DNA of 62,931 nt, filler included, from Octopus bimaculoides (Eukaryota), in assembly GCF_001194135.2 (NCBI RefSeq). It is 3 parts of 2 records of this genome, joined end to end, with 100 filler letters (N's around TTAATTAATTAA, not from the genome) between each part and the next. Parts side by side here need not be neighbours in the genome. Positions count along the whole stretch, not along the records: positions 1 to 22,069 come from NC_068988.1; 2 more parts are not named here. One strand, given 5' to 3'. The notes under the pieces were generated by a model that had not been told where the DNA came from, ran no database searches, and was given only the letters and a program-made list of their open reading frames with translations. A program made the position numbers and the translations under genes. The stretch's first letter is position 1; each line of letters begins with the position of its first letter. Positions 1 to 12,214 of the stretch are shown here, in pieces.

Positions 1-73
1 ATCAAACTAATACACTTGCTTCTTGGTCATACACCCAACTTTGTCTTTTGTTTTTCGGTAAATTTCAACTATA
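1..73 (+). mobile_element. 3' terminal fragment of the PLE-tail family also seen at 14845-14895
   Basis: atcaaactaatacac...ttttgtttttcggtaaatttcaacta matches gcatcaaactaatacacc...cttttgtttttctgtaaatttcaacta at the end of the Neptune-like element. Confidence 0.6.
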
Positions 74-1340
74 ATTAACATTTTTATTTTAAAAAACAAA
101 CTATATTTTAATTAAGCTTAAATGATAGAGCTCAATTCGAGAAATTTCATATTATCAATCTCATGCAATGATGTTTTAAAAGTAAAAAGTTATGAGTGTT
201 TGTTTCTCAAATTTGAGGGCGATCATATAGTTCTATACTTTTTTATGAATGTAGTTGTATCAGGGGACTTTTAATATATGTCACCAGCATCATTGAGGTA
301 AGGAAAAAACACAGCTAATTGACACATTATTAATTAGCATAATAGCATAGCCTGGAAAAAACATGGATTACATGGGAAAATGCGAGCAAGAGAAATAATA
401 TTCTTAAGATTATAAACCTGGAAAATTACAGGACGAGTTATTACACTTGGAAAAGTTCAGGACAGCTTATTACATCTGGTAAAATACAGAACAAGAAAAA
501 TTTTACTTAAAATATTGCAGCTAAGGATAAAATTTGAATATTAAAGATTATTTGATTTTAATTTCCCAAGTAATATTATAATTAAAAAAGGTACCATCAT
601 TTTGTTAAAATATTGACATACTAGAATACTTAAAAAATGAGAGCCAGAAGTACCAATATAGCTAAAGTTTTATGCAAAGTAGAATAGTATATATGGTAGG
701 AAAATTCATTATGTAAAAAATAGGCATTGGCTCAAGGCTAAAAATGTGAAGACTTGACAATAACTCAAGCAAATTTTACGGTGAATTTGTTGTTATAGGT
801 AGATTTTACTATAACATATGACTAATTTTTGTATTATTCTATATTTTATACTAACTAATTACGTACTACTATTATTTTTATAATCTATTTTCAAATTTCT
901 AATTATCAATTAATAATTCAAAAATGATTTTCTTTTTAAACTGCATAAAATATTTTGAGTTATTTTTTTAAATTTTTAATAGAAGTAACAAGTAATAGCA
1001 AATAGAAGTAATAACTTGTAATAAAATTTTTAGTTTTAATAAAAGCTAATGTTTTCTAAATCTAAATATTTTATTTGAAATTTGATCCATAAATGCAATA
1101 TTTTAAGTAAAAAGTAATCCATCAGGTCAGTACAGACCATGATGCCAATTAATGTATCAATGAATGGCTCTGAAGAAAGCTATAAGATGTTACATGGAGA
1201 CTCAGCTTTGAATGTACATTTACTTAAATAAAAACAGCAGTAAGCTAATGAAAATGATTATGTAACTCTTTTTCATTTATTGATATATATAAGGTATGCA
1301 TATGGGTATGGATATGTGTGTGCTTATATATATATATATA

Positions 1341-2531
1341 TTGGGGTTGGACAAAATAATGAAAACACCTAGCATCATAGCATCATAATTTTGAAATATC
1401 TATAAAACCATCAAAAGCTTGTTTATTTTTTTATGTTTTTTTATTTGTTATTAGTGTTGCTTAATATGTTTTGCTAAAATTGCTGTTTCTTTTCAGATAT
1501 CATCAGAAAAAGGTAATTAGAATTTTTTGAAATGACAGATCTATCAGATTTTCAAAGGGGTCAAATTGATGGTACTCGTATAGCAGGCGTTAACATAATG
1601 AAAACAGCTGAAATGTTTGGTGTATCAAGAAGTACTGTCTCAAAAGTAATGACAGCTTTGAGAAAAAGGGAAAAATCTCCTCATCAAAACAAAACTCCAG
1701 AAGAAAATCAAAACTTTCAGATAGGGACTGTCGGACTCTGATGCGAATTGTTAGAAAGGATCACAAAAAGTACAGCGCCCAAAATTACTGCAGGGCTTAT
1801 TGACCACCTTGAGAACCCAGTTTCCACAAAAACTGTTTGCCAGGAACTGTACAAAGCCGGATTTCAGGCGAGGGCTGCAATCAGAAAACCACTAGTTTAA
1901 AAAACAAATGTTGCAAAGCATTTAGAGTGGAGTAAAAACCTACAGAATTGTTCCCATAGGAATGGAAGAATATTATTTTCTCAGACGAGTCATTCTTTAC
2001 ATTATTTCTGATCACCGACCAAGTATATGTGCGGAGACAGTCAAAAGAAGCATTTGACCCAGGCTACCTTCTTCCAACTGTTAAACATGGAGCAGGATCT
2101 TTGATGATCTGGGGGCTGTATCTTGGAAATCTGCCAGCCTAATGATTTTCCTTCATGGTAGAATTAATAGGGAAGACTATTTAAGCATTTCATCTGATCA
2201 AATTCATCCTGTGGTTGTGGAACTGTTTCCAGAGGAAAACGCAATTTTTCAGGATGATAATGCACCAATTCACACAGCTAAAGTTGTTACTGAATGGCAT
2301 GAGGAACATTCCAGTGAAGTTGAACATTTTATCTGGCCACCACAGTCCCCAGATCTCAATATTATTGAATATTTATGGTGCATTTTAGAAAAAAAGTAAG
2401 GAGTCGATATCCTCCACTATCATCACTACAAAAACTGGAGATTGTTTTAGCTGAAGAATGGACAAAAAATTCCTTTGGAAACAATTCAAACTTTGCACGA
2501 GTTCATAACTCATAGAGTTCAAGCTGTAATT
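1341..2531 (+). mobile_element. Tc1-family DNA transposon, DD36E (Incomer-like), degenerate transposase; 3' end and right TIR missing
   Basis: Left TIR-like ggggttggacaaaataatgaaaacacc follows (TA)n. The HTH N-terminus is MTDLSDFQRGQI...GVSRSTVSKVM, followed by IFSDES (D at 1984) and FQDDNAPIH...WPPQSPDLNIIE. There are frameshifts and stops, and the sequence ends at RVQAVI (~2531) before unrelated repeat DNA. Confidence 0.9.
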
Positions 2532-3404
2532 ACGGATCTTTGGGGTTTGACGGGCAACATTTGTTTTCTTAACGAAACACTTTCAAACTTGAGACACTGA
2601 TAGAATGTGTCATATAAAACAACTTCTTCTCTTAACCTTCTTAACAAAATTTTGTACCTCGCNNNNNNNNNNNNNNNNNNNNNNNNNNNNNNNNNNNNNN
2701 NNNNNNNNNNNNNNNNNNNNNNNNNNNNNNNNNNNNNNNNNNNNNNNNNNNNNNNNNNNNNNNNNNNNNNNNNNNNNNNNNNNNNNNNNNNNNNNNNNNN
2801 NNNNNNNNNNNNNNNNNNNNNNNNNNNNNNNNNNNNNNNNNNNNNNNNNNNNNNNNNNNNNNNNNNNNNNNNNNNNNNNNNNNNNNNNNNNNNNNNNNNN
2901 NNNNNNNNNNNNNNNNNNNNNNNNNNNNNNNNNNNNNNNNNNNNNNNNNNNNNNNNNNNNNNNNNNNNNNNNNNNNNNNNNNNNNNNNNNNNNNNNNNNN
3001 NNNNNNNNNNNNNNNNNNNNNNNNNNNNNNNNNNNNNNNNNNNNNNNNNNNNNNNNNNNNNNNNNNNNNNNNNNNNNNNNNNNNNNNNNNNNNNNNNNNN
3101 NNNNNNNNNNNNNNNNNNNNNNNNNNNNNNTATATATATATATATTGTCTTTATATATCTATATACACACACACGCACTCACTCAAACATGGCATAAGAT
3201 TGTACATACATAATATACACACACGCGCACGTGCGTGTTCATCCTGTCTATTTCACAGGAACACACACACACACACAAATACACACAAACGTTTGCACAC
3301 GGACACACTAGACAAGAACAGACACACACAATCTGTCTGTCTGTCTGTCTATCTGTCTGTCTGTCTCTCTGTCTGTCTGTCTATATCATTTATCTTTTAA
3401 TTGT

Positions 3405-3587
3405 TTCAGTCACTGGACTATAGCCATTCTGAGGCACTGATTTGTAGACTTTAGTCAAACAAATTCACCCCAATACTTATTTTTAAGCTTGATACTTATT
3501 TGCTGAACTGCTATGTTACTAGGATAAACAAACCAATGCCAGTTGTCAAGTGATGGTGAGGGACAAACATAATAACAAGGGTACACA

Positions 3588-3619
<32 letters not shown>

Positions 3620-3775
3620 TGCAAAAGGCTTTCTTCAGTTTCTGTCTACCAAATCCACTCACAAACTTTGGGTATCCTGTGACTAAAATAGAAGGCACTT
3701 GCTTAAGGTGCCATAAAGTGTGATAGAACCCAGCACCATGTGGTTGGGAAACAAACTTCTCACCAAACCAACATA
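3405..3775 (-). mobile_element. tRNA-derived SINE, family A (octopus-type)
   Basis: tcagtcactggactatagcc...caaatccactcacaaac...gtagaaggcacttgcttaaggtgcc...ccatgtggttggg recurs at 5440, 20800, 23570, 35870, 39770 and 43230. Confidence 0.8.
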
Positions 3776-4059
3776 TACGTGCGTGCGTGCGTGCGTGTGT
3801 GTGTGTGTGTGTAAAAAGGCCAAGGTAGAAAACGCTAAAAAAAATTTATAAAAAACATTTCAGTCATTGAATCTTTTCAACTGTAAGTATGGAAAATAAG
3901 TAAATATTGGAAAAATTAAATGAAAAGTATTTTAAAAGAATATTTGCATAGTATTCAAATACAAGGGGCATTTTCCTTGTTTCTGCCTGTCTCTGTCTCT
4001 CTTGTTTACTCTTGTGGGTTCGGGGTCACTGTGAATTCTTTGCAGAAGAAGAAGAAGAA

Positions 4060-4650
4060 GAAGATAATGTGGGAGTGCTATGATAGTAGTAGGATGTTAA
4101 ATGGTCAAGTGCCCTGAAAGTGACTTGTTGTGGATGGTAGTAATGATTGAATTCTTGAGATATCTCTTTTGAATGTATTGTTTATAATATTTGCATAGGT
4201 GTTATTCTAAACAGCAGTAATAGTAAAGTAAGGAATGAGGTGGCGGAGAGGAAGAAGAAGACGAAGAAGGAGACAGAATAATAATAGAATGCAGGATGGT
4301 AAGATAGTATTAGGATGTTAAATGGTCAATTGACCTAAAAGTGGCTCGTTGTGGATTATAGCAGTGATTGGGACTGTTTGTAATGAATTCTTTGGTATCT
4401 CTTTTGAATGTATCATTTTTAATATTTGTGTGTGTGTTTATTCTAAGATTGTGGTGGATATGTCATTTGTTGTGGATGCATTCAAAAGGGATCTGTATTT
4501 TGTAATAAAGAGGGACTCTTTACTAATTCGTTAGCTACAAGTTGTATTGTCCCTGAATTGATAGAGGGGAAACATTCTGAAGCTTGGATTTTTGTTATTG
4601 GCACAAATGTCGATGTGTTGGCTGAATGCTATTTTTCTGTTTTTTTTTTT
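4060..4650 (-). mobile_element. Penelope-like element 3' fragment: GIY-YIG C-terminus plus duplicated tail segment
   Basis: The minus strand at 4455-4650 reads RKIAFSQHIDICANNKNPSFRMFPLYQFRDNTTCS*RISKESLFITKYRSLLNA. Plus-strand 4080-4210 and 4303-4447 are diverged direct copies (gatagtaktaggatgttaaatggtcaa...tatctcttttgaatgtat). Confidence 0.6.
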
Positions 4651-4672
4651 AATTTTGATCTGGGATCTGTGC

Positions 4673-4718
<46 letters not shown>

Positions 4719-4910
4719 AATAATAAATGAGTATATGCATATATACATACAGGTATGTGCATACTTACNNNNNNNNNNACCCCCATTCTAACACAGGTGT
4801 TTCGAAGAGTAGGGCAGGACGCATCATTAAAATGGCTCTTTCCATGGACCGCAAATTAAATTTGTATACAGAAATTAAATTTGTACCATGGAGGAATGTC
4901 GTGGCGGACA

Positions 4911-4997
4911 GAAAACAAGACAGGAAAACAAACGGAAAAGAAAACAAGACAGGAAAACAAACGGAAAAGAAAACAAGACAGGAAAACAAACGGAAAG
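4911..4997 (+). repeat. 29-bp tandem repeat, 3 copies
   Basis: gaaaacaagacaggaaaacaaacggaaaa starts at 4911, 4940 and 4969. Confidence 0.95.
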
Positions 4998-5149
4998 GGC
5001 TATATGGCCAGATGTGAAAAATTATGTGTATATGAACGCTGTGAAGCAACGAACTGGAAGCGGGACAAAGTAAGTTCGCGTGTTTGCTCGGCGATAGCCA
5101 AGGAAGAAAAGAATTAGTAACCGGAAACATGTGACCAGCGAGGGATAAG

Positions 5150-5310
5150 GAAGAGAGAGAGTGGTAGAGGGAGAAACAAGGGGAGGAAGTAGAAAAATAG
5201 TTGAGCAACGAGAGAAAGAGAGGAAGAGAAAAATATAGTAGTAACAGAAGGAAGAACGAGAGGGGAAAGAGAGAAATACGTAGTAGTAACAGAAGGAAGA
5301 ATGAGAGGGG
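5150..5310. repeat. Dispersed purine-rich repeat, second copy at ~34089-34260
   Basis: ggaagagagagagtggtagagggagaaacaa.gggaggaagtagaa.aatag.tgagcaacgaga is shared. The 4690-4765 segment also matches 34330-34385. Confidence 0.75.
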
Positions 5311-5333
5311 GAAAAAAGTTATATATATATATG

Positions 5334-5365
<32 letters not shown>

Positions 5366-5439
5366 TGTATATGTGTATATATATATGTATATATGCGTAT
5401 AATTGTTTATATGTGTGTGTTTATATATATTCTCTTTCT

Positions 5440-5706
5440 TTTTATTTGTTTCAGTCATTTGACTATGGCCATGCTGGAGCACCACCTTGAAGGGTTTTAG
5501 TTGAACAAATTGAACTCAGGACTTTTTTTTAGTACTTAGTCTATCAGTACTTTTTCCGAACTGCTAAGTTACAGGGATGTAAACACACCAACACCGGTTG
5601 TCAAGCAGTGATGCGGGAACAAACACAGGCACAAAGACACACACACACACACAGATATACATACATACATACATGAGGATATAGTAGAAGACACTTGCCC
5701 AAGGCA
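5440..5706 (-). mobile_element. tRNA-derived SINE, family A
   Basis: tcagtcatttgactatggccatgctggagcaccacc...atagtagaagacacttgcccaagg. Confidence 0.8.
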
Positions 5707-5890
5707 TAGATAGATGAAAGAGAGAGGAACGGAGAGAGTGAGTGAGAGAGAGAGAGAGAGAGATAGAGAGGGAGAGAAACAGATAAAGAGATATGTATAT
5801 ATATAAAATTGTTCCTCTTCAAATGTATTGTTTTGTCTTTCTTTGAGGTTGCTATACATAGTACAGTATATACTTATAGTCGTGTGTGAG

Positions 5891-5928
<38 letters not shown>

Positions 5929-6307
5929 TGAGTGTGTGTCACATATACATAATTTGCAATTAATATGTATCTGCATTAGTTTTTACCATATTTATTTCCT
6001 GCGCCATTATGCACTGCCATCTGAACATATGCTATTTATCTTGTTACAATAATGTTCATTGCATTCTGAATTAGCATTTGTGCTACACTAGCAATCATCT
6101 CTGCTATATTCTATGTATCATTCTAGTTTTCTTGGAAAACAAATTAACCACAAAATGATATCCAATATTTACAGTAAAAATAGTAAAACTAAAATATTTT
6201 CTGCTAGAAAAATGTATATCAGGTGTCAAGAAATTTAATTCTATCTTGTGCAAAAGTTTTGTTTTCTAGATAACATTAAAATGGACAACTGACAGAACAG
6301 ATAATAT

Positions 6308-6542
6308 TTATTTCTTTATTGCCCACAGGGGGCTAAACATAGAGGGGACAAACAAGGACAGACAAAGGGATTAAGTCAATTACATCAACTTCAGTGTGTA
6401 ACTGGTACTTATTTAATCAACCCCGAAAGGATGAAAGGCTAAGTCGACTTCAGCAGAATTTGAACTCAGAACATAGCGGCAGGCGAAATATCACTAAGCA
6501 TTTTGCCCAGTGTGCTAACGATTCTGTTAGCTCGCCACCTTA
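6308..6542 (-). mobile_element. tRNA-derived SINE, family B
   Basis: tttctttattgcccacagggggctaaac...gaatttgaactcagaac...ttagctcgccacc. B-box-like gagttcaaattc lies on the minus strand. A homologue is at 61368-61605. Confidence 0.85.
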
Positions 6543-6679
6543 GAATAGATAATATTAAGAGTAAAATGATATTTCTTTTTGAAATGTAATGTGTCAGGAA
6601 TGGTACAACAATGCAGAGTGAACTATAATAACTGTTAGAAATAATTTAATTATTCATAGTCTAATATTTTGGAATATAA

Positions 6680-7254
6680 AAATTCCTTCTTCTGAGATTG
6701 CTAGGAAGTAATGAAATCACTGTTATAGTTGGTTTTCTTATTCCTCTAACAGTTACTGAAATCTGTCAGAAGCATTCCTGTAATGGTCTCTTGAAGTTCC
6801 TTCTGGAATTCCTCATGAGAAGTGCATAAGGGTAGTCATGTCTTGAGCTCATGTATGTTGGCATATTCATAGTGCTGTTTCCAAGTTATGTATTATATGT
6901 GCATTTTTATGTAATGTTTTGTTATATGAGCATGTTACCATCATGCATGCAGGGTGTCGATGTTGTTAAATAAGTGTTAATTTCCAACCGTTGCTAGTTT
7001 GGGGCCTTAGTCTGTCTATGAGGATAGCCTCCTTAATTCTTAAATTTCCTAAATTTCTGTCATTGGCCTAAATTGTAACACAGATTTATGCCAACAGGTA
7101 CATGCTGTATATCAAATCTAATGTAACAGATGCAATAATTTCTACATGGGTAGCACAACCAAGCCATTACACATTCACATCAAAGGACATCTAAACACAT
7201 TCCTTCAGAAAACACCTAGACAGATGCCGGAAAGCCAACAAAAATATAACAGTC
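6680..7254. mobile_element. Penelope-like GIY-YIG fragment with internal inversion
   Basis: The plus strand at 7105-7254 reads VYQI*CNRCNNFYMGSTTKPLHIHIKGHLN...KHLDRCRKANKNITV (one frameshift). The minus strand from ~7090 reads ICVTI*ANDRNLGNLRIKEAILIDRLRPQ and then the 3' tail. Confidence 0.65.
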
Positions 7255-8159
7255 TTTCTCTCTCTCTCTCTCCTCTCCCCCCTCTCTCTCTCCTTCTCCC
7301 CTCTTTCTCTACTTTCTAGTCCATCTCTGTATATGTCACAATGTGATATTTTGGGCATGTATTATCTCTCTATTTTCGTTGCTATTCCCAATACCCACTT
7401 TATGAATTCCAATTCAGATGTACCCACTTCTATACACTCCTACACACCCATCCACCTGTTACCAACCAATATACATACTTACCTGCTCCTGTCCAACAAA
7501 ACCCACATCTATCCACCAATACTCCTTTATTCACCCCTACTGATACTTATCTATCCTATTATACATATGTTTGGTATTGAGCTCGCCAATTGCAATCTAA
7601 TGATACATCCAACAATACTGCAGTACTCCCTCTGTTTCGAGTAGTGACTTGTTCTTTTCATATTTACTTACATTTACAAATACAGTCTCACTGAGTGGTT
7701 ACTTTGTCAGTGATACAATTCAACATAGAAACTGATGAATTTTTCACATGTAAGTGTAATGGGTAGGACTTATAAGTATAGTGGAGTAAAATCTATAAAA
7801 TTTGTGGAGTATTTATTTCATAAATCAAGTGGTGTATATAGTTTATAAGATTAGTTGTGAATAGATTACAAGTGTAGAATTATAGTTTACAAGTATAGTG
7901 ATGTACATCATTCAAAAGTGTAGTGGGGTATAATTTGTAAGTGCTGTGTGGTGTTTTCATAAGTGCAGTGCTGTGTAGTTTGTTAGTAGAGGGCCTTACA
8001 TATGTAGAATAGGAAGTTGAATAGTCAACTGAAATTATGTGAAGAATTATTTCACAAAACCTTTATCCAAGGTCTTTTAATATCCAGAGGCAGTTTTTGT
8101 GTATTAACTACTCAGATAATTTCATCTATTTACATCTATTCTGCTCACTAATAATGTTT

Positions 8160-8660
8160 GTCCATCATCGTTGACAATTACCAAGGACATCACATAGAAG
8201 AAGATGGGTCATGGTGCATCTGGCTGTGTCCAATCAGGCTGATGCATGCTTGGAAGGTTCTGCCACAGGTTGGGCACTGGTGGTCTGCTAGGAATGAAGG
8301 CAAAGAGTTGACTGTGGACTTGTGCAGCTCATGTTTTCTTTGTACTCCTGAAATCCTATTCTACTCATAGGAGGTGGCACCTATGATGGTGCAGCTACAC
8401 CTGGCAGAATGGTTCTGTGCTTGCATTTCCCAAGTGTCAGATTTGGTCTGGAAACACTTCCACTCACTATTACATACTTGAGAACCTATCACATTAGAAT
8501 GTTGAATAGAGCAGTGTTTTGTGTGATTCTAATAGTTCCATATTTCAAAGGAGTATTTTAGCCCCAATGTCAACTTCTGGTTTTGGATGGATGTGATTAT
8601 ATGAAATGTGGTAAGAAGTATGATGTTGGCATTGACTTGTGGAAATAGAAAGACACTGGG
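8160..8660 (-). mobile_element. RTE (BovB-like) LINE 3' fragment with terminal C2H2 finger, degenerate
   Basis: The minus strand reads DTWEMQAQNHSARCSCTIIGATSYE*NRISGVQRKHEL...HQCPTCGRTFQACISLIGHSQMH. Confidence 0.7.
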
Positions 8661-10113
8661 CAGAAATGGGTAGATCTTTTGGGTGAATAATGTGAACTTA
8701 ATAATTCTTGGTTACCCTTCTATAATAAAAGACTTTCCAACCACAACCATCACATCTTTTATAGGACCACATTATTTAATCTATCCATTCTTTTTGGAAA
8801 TGGTAAGATGCAATAAGAAAATTTGTGGCTCTCTCAAGAGAATTCAGCAGCTAATTATATTAAGTGATGTGTGCAAGAGAGGTGGCAGCACTGGTATGGT
8901 CATGTGATGTGCTTGTATGACAGTTGCTCAATCAAAGAAATATTATGGTTTGACTGAAGTAAAAGTTAACCACAGCAAAGGAGGGGCATGAAAGTTGGGG
9001 TGGGCGAGGTGAGGTCAGTTCTTTGAGCGTCAATGAATGACACAGGGGAATGGGGGTATGTCATAGTGAGGACTCTTCTGATATATGTTAATGTGAAAAT
9101 ATTGGCATTAAAATGATGATAATGAGCAAGAGGAGGAGGAGGAAGTTCTCATTATGTGATACTGTACTTAAATAGGAGAAACACAACCAGTCTCCAGCTG
9201 TCATGGCATGTCAAAACCACTGGAACAGTGTACTAAACCTTCAACATTAATATCAGTTTATGAAAGATTTTCCATATGTTTCTATGACAGTAGTGTTGGT
9301 AGTGGTGATGGTGGCAGCAGAGGTGATGGAAGAAGTAGTGGTAGTAGTGGCAGTGGTAGTGGTGGTGATATTTATTAATAAATAAGACAGAAAATTGAAG
9401 AAATAAGATGGTGTGAAGTAAGTAGCAATATAATGTATACAACAGTAGCACTAAAATAACAAGCAACATACTAGGATGGTGAGGTACTGCTGTTCTGCCA
9501 CTAAAATTTGTTTTGTTGATGTGTTAATAAGCCTGTTTCAAAGTGATTGCTGGTCTTGACGGAAATAGCAGCAATGCATTTCATAAAACATGTCTGTATT
9601 CTTTTAGGAGACACATTAGATTATGTCACCCTAGATACATTAGGTTTGAATGGAGAAAAATGGATTATTTAAGGATGAATTACTATCTTTAATCTTTGGT
9701 CTGATTGATCAGAGCTGATTGATCAGGACTGGTTGATCAGGGATGACCTGAAGCTAAGCAAAAACAAATCACAAGAATAACAAAACTTTGTTGCTGTCTA
9801 AATACACCTTTACATGGTAATGGTTACTGGCTTTCAGTCACCTCATCACTATTCAAAACTTGACACATATATACAGCATCATTTGATGGCTGTTAATAAA
9901 TTAATCCTAATTTGCATAATTATTCAAAAGGGGAGGGTTACCCACTGTAACATGTGGGTGTGGAGAACAATATCAATGATTGAAGAATGGCTAACAAATG
10001 AGATGATCCTAGGTAGTAAGAGAGAGAAGTGGTATCGGGATGAGCTGCAGTGGATGATATGGTGTGGTAGGGAAGGGTGATATGAACAGTAGGGATTAAT
10101 TGGTTGGGTGCTC

Positions 10114-10161
<48 letters not shown>

Positions 10162-10197
10162 GTGTGTGTATGTGGGTGCACGCGTGCGTATATATAT

Positions 10198-10263
<66 letters not shown>

Positions 10264-10765
10264 GGATCAANNNNNNNNNNNNNNNNNNNNNNNNNNNNNN
10301 NNNNNNNNNNNNNNNNNNNNNNNNNNNNNNNNNNNNNNNNNNNNNNNNNNNNNNNNNNNNNNNNNNNNNNNNNNNNNNNNNNNNNNNNNNNNNNNNNNNN
10401 NNNNNNNNNNNNNNNNNNNNNNNNNNNNNNNNNNNNNNNNNNNNNNNNNNNNNNNNNNNNNNNNNNNNNNNNNNNNNNNNNNNNNNNNNNNNNNNNNNNN
10501 NNNNNNNNNNNNNNNNNNNNNNNNNNNNNNNNNNNNNNNNNNNNNNNNNNNNNNNNNNNNNNNNNNNNNNNNNNNNNNNNNNNNNNNNNNNNNNNNNNNN
10601 NNNNNNNNNNNNNNNNNNNNNNNNNNNNNNNNNNNNNNNNNNNNNNNNNNNNNNNNNNNNNNNNNNNNNNNNNNNNNNNNNNNNNNNNNNNNNNNNNNNN
10701 NNNNNNNNNNNNNNNNNNNNNNNNNNNNNNNNNNNNNNNNNNNNNNNNNNNNNNNNNNNNNNNNN

Positions 10766-10846
<81 letters not shown>

Positions 10847-10854
10847 GGATCAAA

Positions 10855-11160
10855 ACAGTTTGATTCAAATTCCTTAGGACTTTAAGTTTCAAAGCATGAT
10901 GCTAATCTTCAGCCATTGGAAATTTGAATGAGAAATCAGTTGGAGAAGGTCAATTGTTATTACTGGAAGGTGGACTGTGATTGATTGAGAAAGGTCATGC
11001 AGTGTCACAGTTTGATATTGGTATTTCAGCAACAACAATTACTTGGAAAATACTGCATAGTGAACAGGAAATCGACTGTGGTGGACAGAAAATTGGTCAT
11101 GTGGGTGGAAGGGAAGTAGGAAGGGGTGGTGTGATGTGTAAATGCGTGAGTATATATGAA
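10855..11160 (-). repeat. ~300-bp pseudo-LTR-like repeat, left arm of inverted pair (partner 15440-15737)
   Basis: cagttt.attcaaatt...ctttaagtttcaaagc.tgat...cagccattggaaatttgaatgagaaatcagttggagaa...gaaaggtcatgc.gtgtcaca.tttgat is present as a reverse complement at 15440-15737. Confidence 0.9.
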
Positions 11161-11224
11161 TATATGTGTGTGTATATGTGCGTATATGTCTATGTATGTG
11201 TGTCTGTATTTATGCATTTGTGTA

Positions 11225-11945
11225 AGTACTATTCCTACAGGAAGCCTAATGAGGAAACAGTATACATCCACAAGAGCTCAACCCCCACCCATTAGCAAAT
11301 GGGTATCTAAACTCTCAGACAACAGGAAGATCTTTAATAGAACCCCCCCCCCCACCAACAACAATGATGCTTTGGCTAGGAGTGGGCTTACTGAGAAGCT
11401 CACGTATGTAGATGATCCTCAAACCCCCTCTCCTCACCGAAAAGTATTAGGGAAAGGAAAATTATCTGGTTTAACACACCATTCAACCTAAAAGTTTCTA
11501 CCAATGTAGCTAAGGGCTTGTTGTTAATTAAGAAACCTTTCCCCAGAGGCCATAAGTATTACAAACTTTTCAACCCCCATAATGTCAAAGTGAGTTACAA
11601 CATCGCATGCACCAACAGACATGAAAATATACCCACACAAACCTCAATCTCTGCAACTTCTGAAACTTCATCGACTACCCTCTAGAAGAATTCTGCCTCT
11701 CAAGGACTGTAGTATACAGAGCCACTCTTACATCATCTGATGGCATTACTAGGCACTACACTGGTATGACAGCCAATGACTTCAAGGGAAGATACTCCCA
11801 GCGCATGCACTCATTTAGATCCGGGGATAGAAAGAACTCTACTTCCCTGTCTTACTTTCTCTGAAGACTGCATGACCTCGTAGACAAAACACCCAGCATC
11901 AAGTGGACTATTATTGACAGGCCACCAACATATTCACCTGGCACC
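11225..11945 (+). mobile_element. Penelope-like element 1: RT thumb, linker and GIY-YIG (IIWFNxP-type linker, possibly Naiad-like), degenerate
   Basis: Across frameshifts it reads YYSYRKPNEETVYIHKSS; ISKWVSKLSDNRKIFN...DALARSGLTEKLTY; KIIWFNTPFNLKVSTNVAKG...FPRGHKYYKLFNPHNVKVSY; YPLEEFCLSRTVVYRATLTSSDGITRHYTGMTANDFKGRYSQRMHSFRS...LSYFL*RL...IKWTIIDRPPTYSPG. Confidence 0.85.
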
Positions 11946-12147
11946 TTAGTACCAACTGCTTCCTTGTACCACCTGTACCACCTGCACCAAGTTCTCCATC
12001 ACCAGCCAACCCTCATGAGCAGGACTACCAATCACTGATCCCCAACACTTATTCATGCCTGTCCACCCACATACTCTTACCCCTTGTACATACCCACACA
12101 AGTATATATACACATGCAGATGCACACACGAGTGGATGTGCAAGTAT

Positions 12148-12214
<67 letters not shown>

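Noticed and set aside
1124-1230. Short open frame SVQTMMPINVSMNGSEESYKMLHGDSALNVHLLK* after an AG
   Set aside because: There is no polypyrimidine tract, no recognisable homology and no linked exons.
10100-10855. Apparent direct repeat (CA)n(TA)n-ggatcaa on both sides of a gap
   Set aside because: Identical sequence at both gap edges indicates overlapping contig ends, not a biological duplication.
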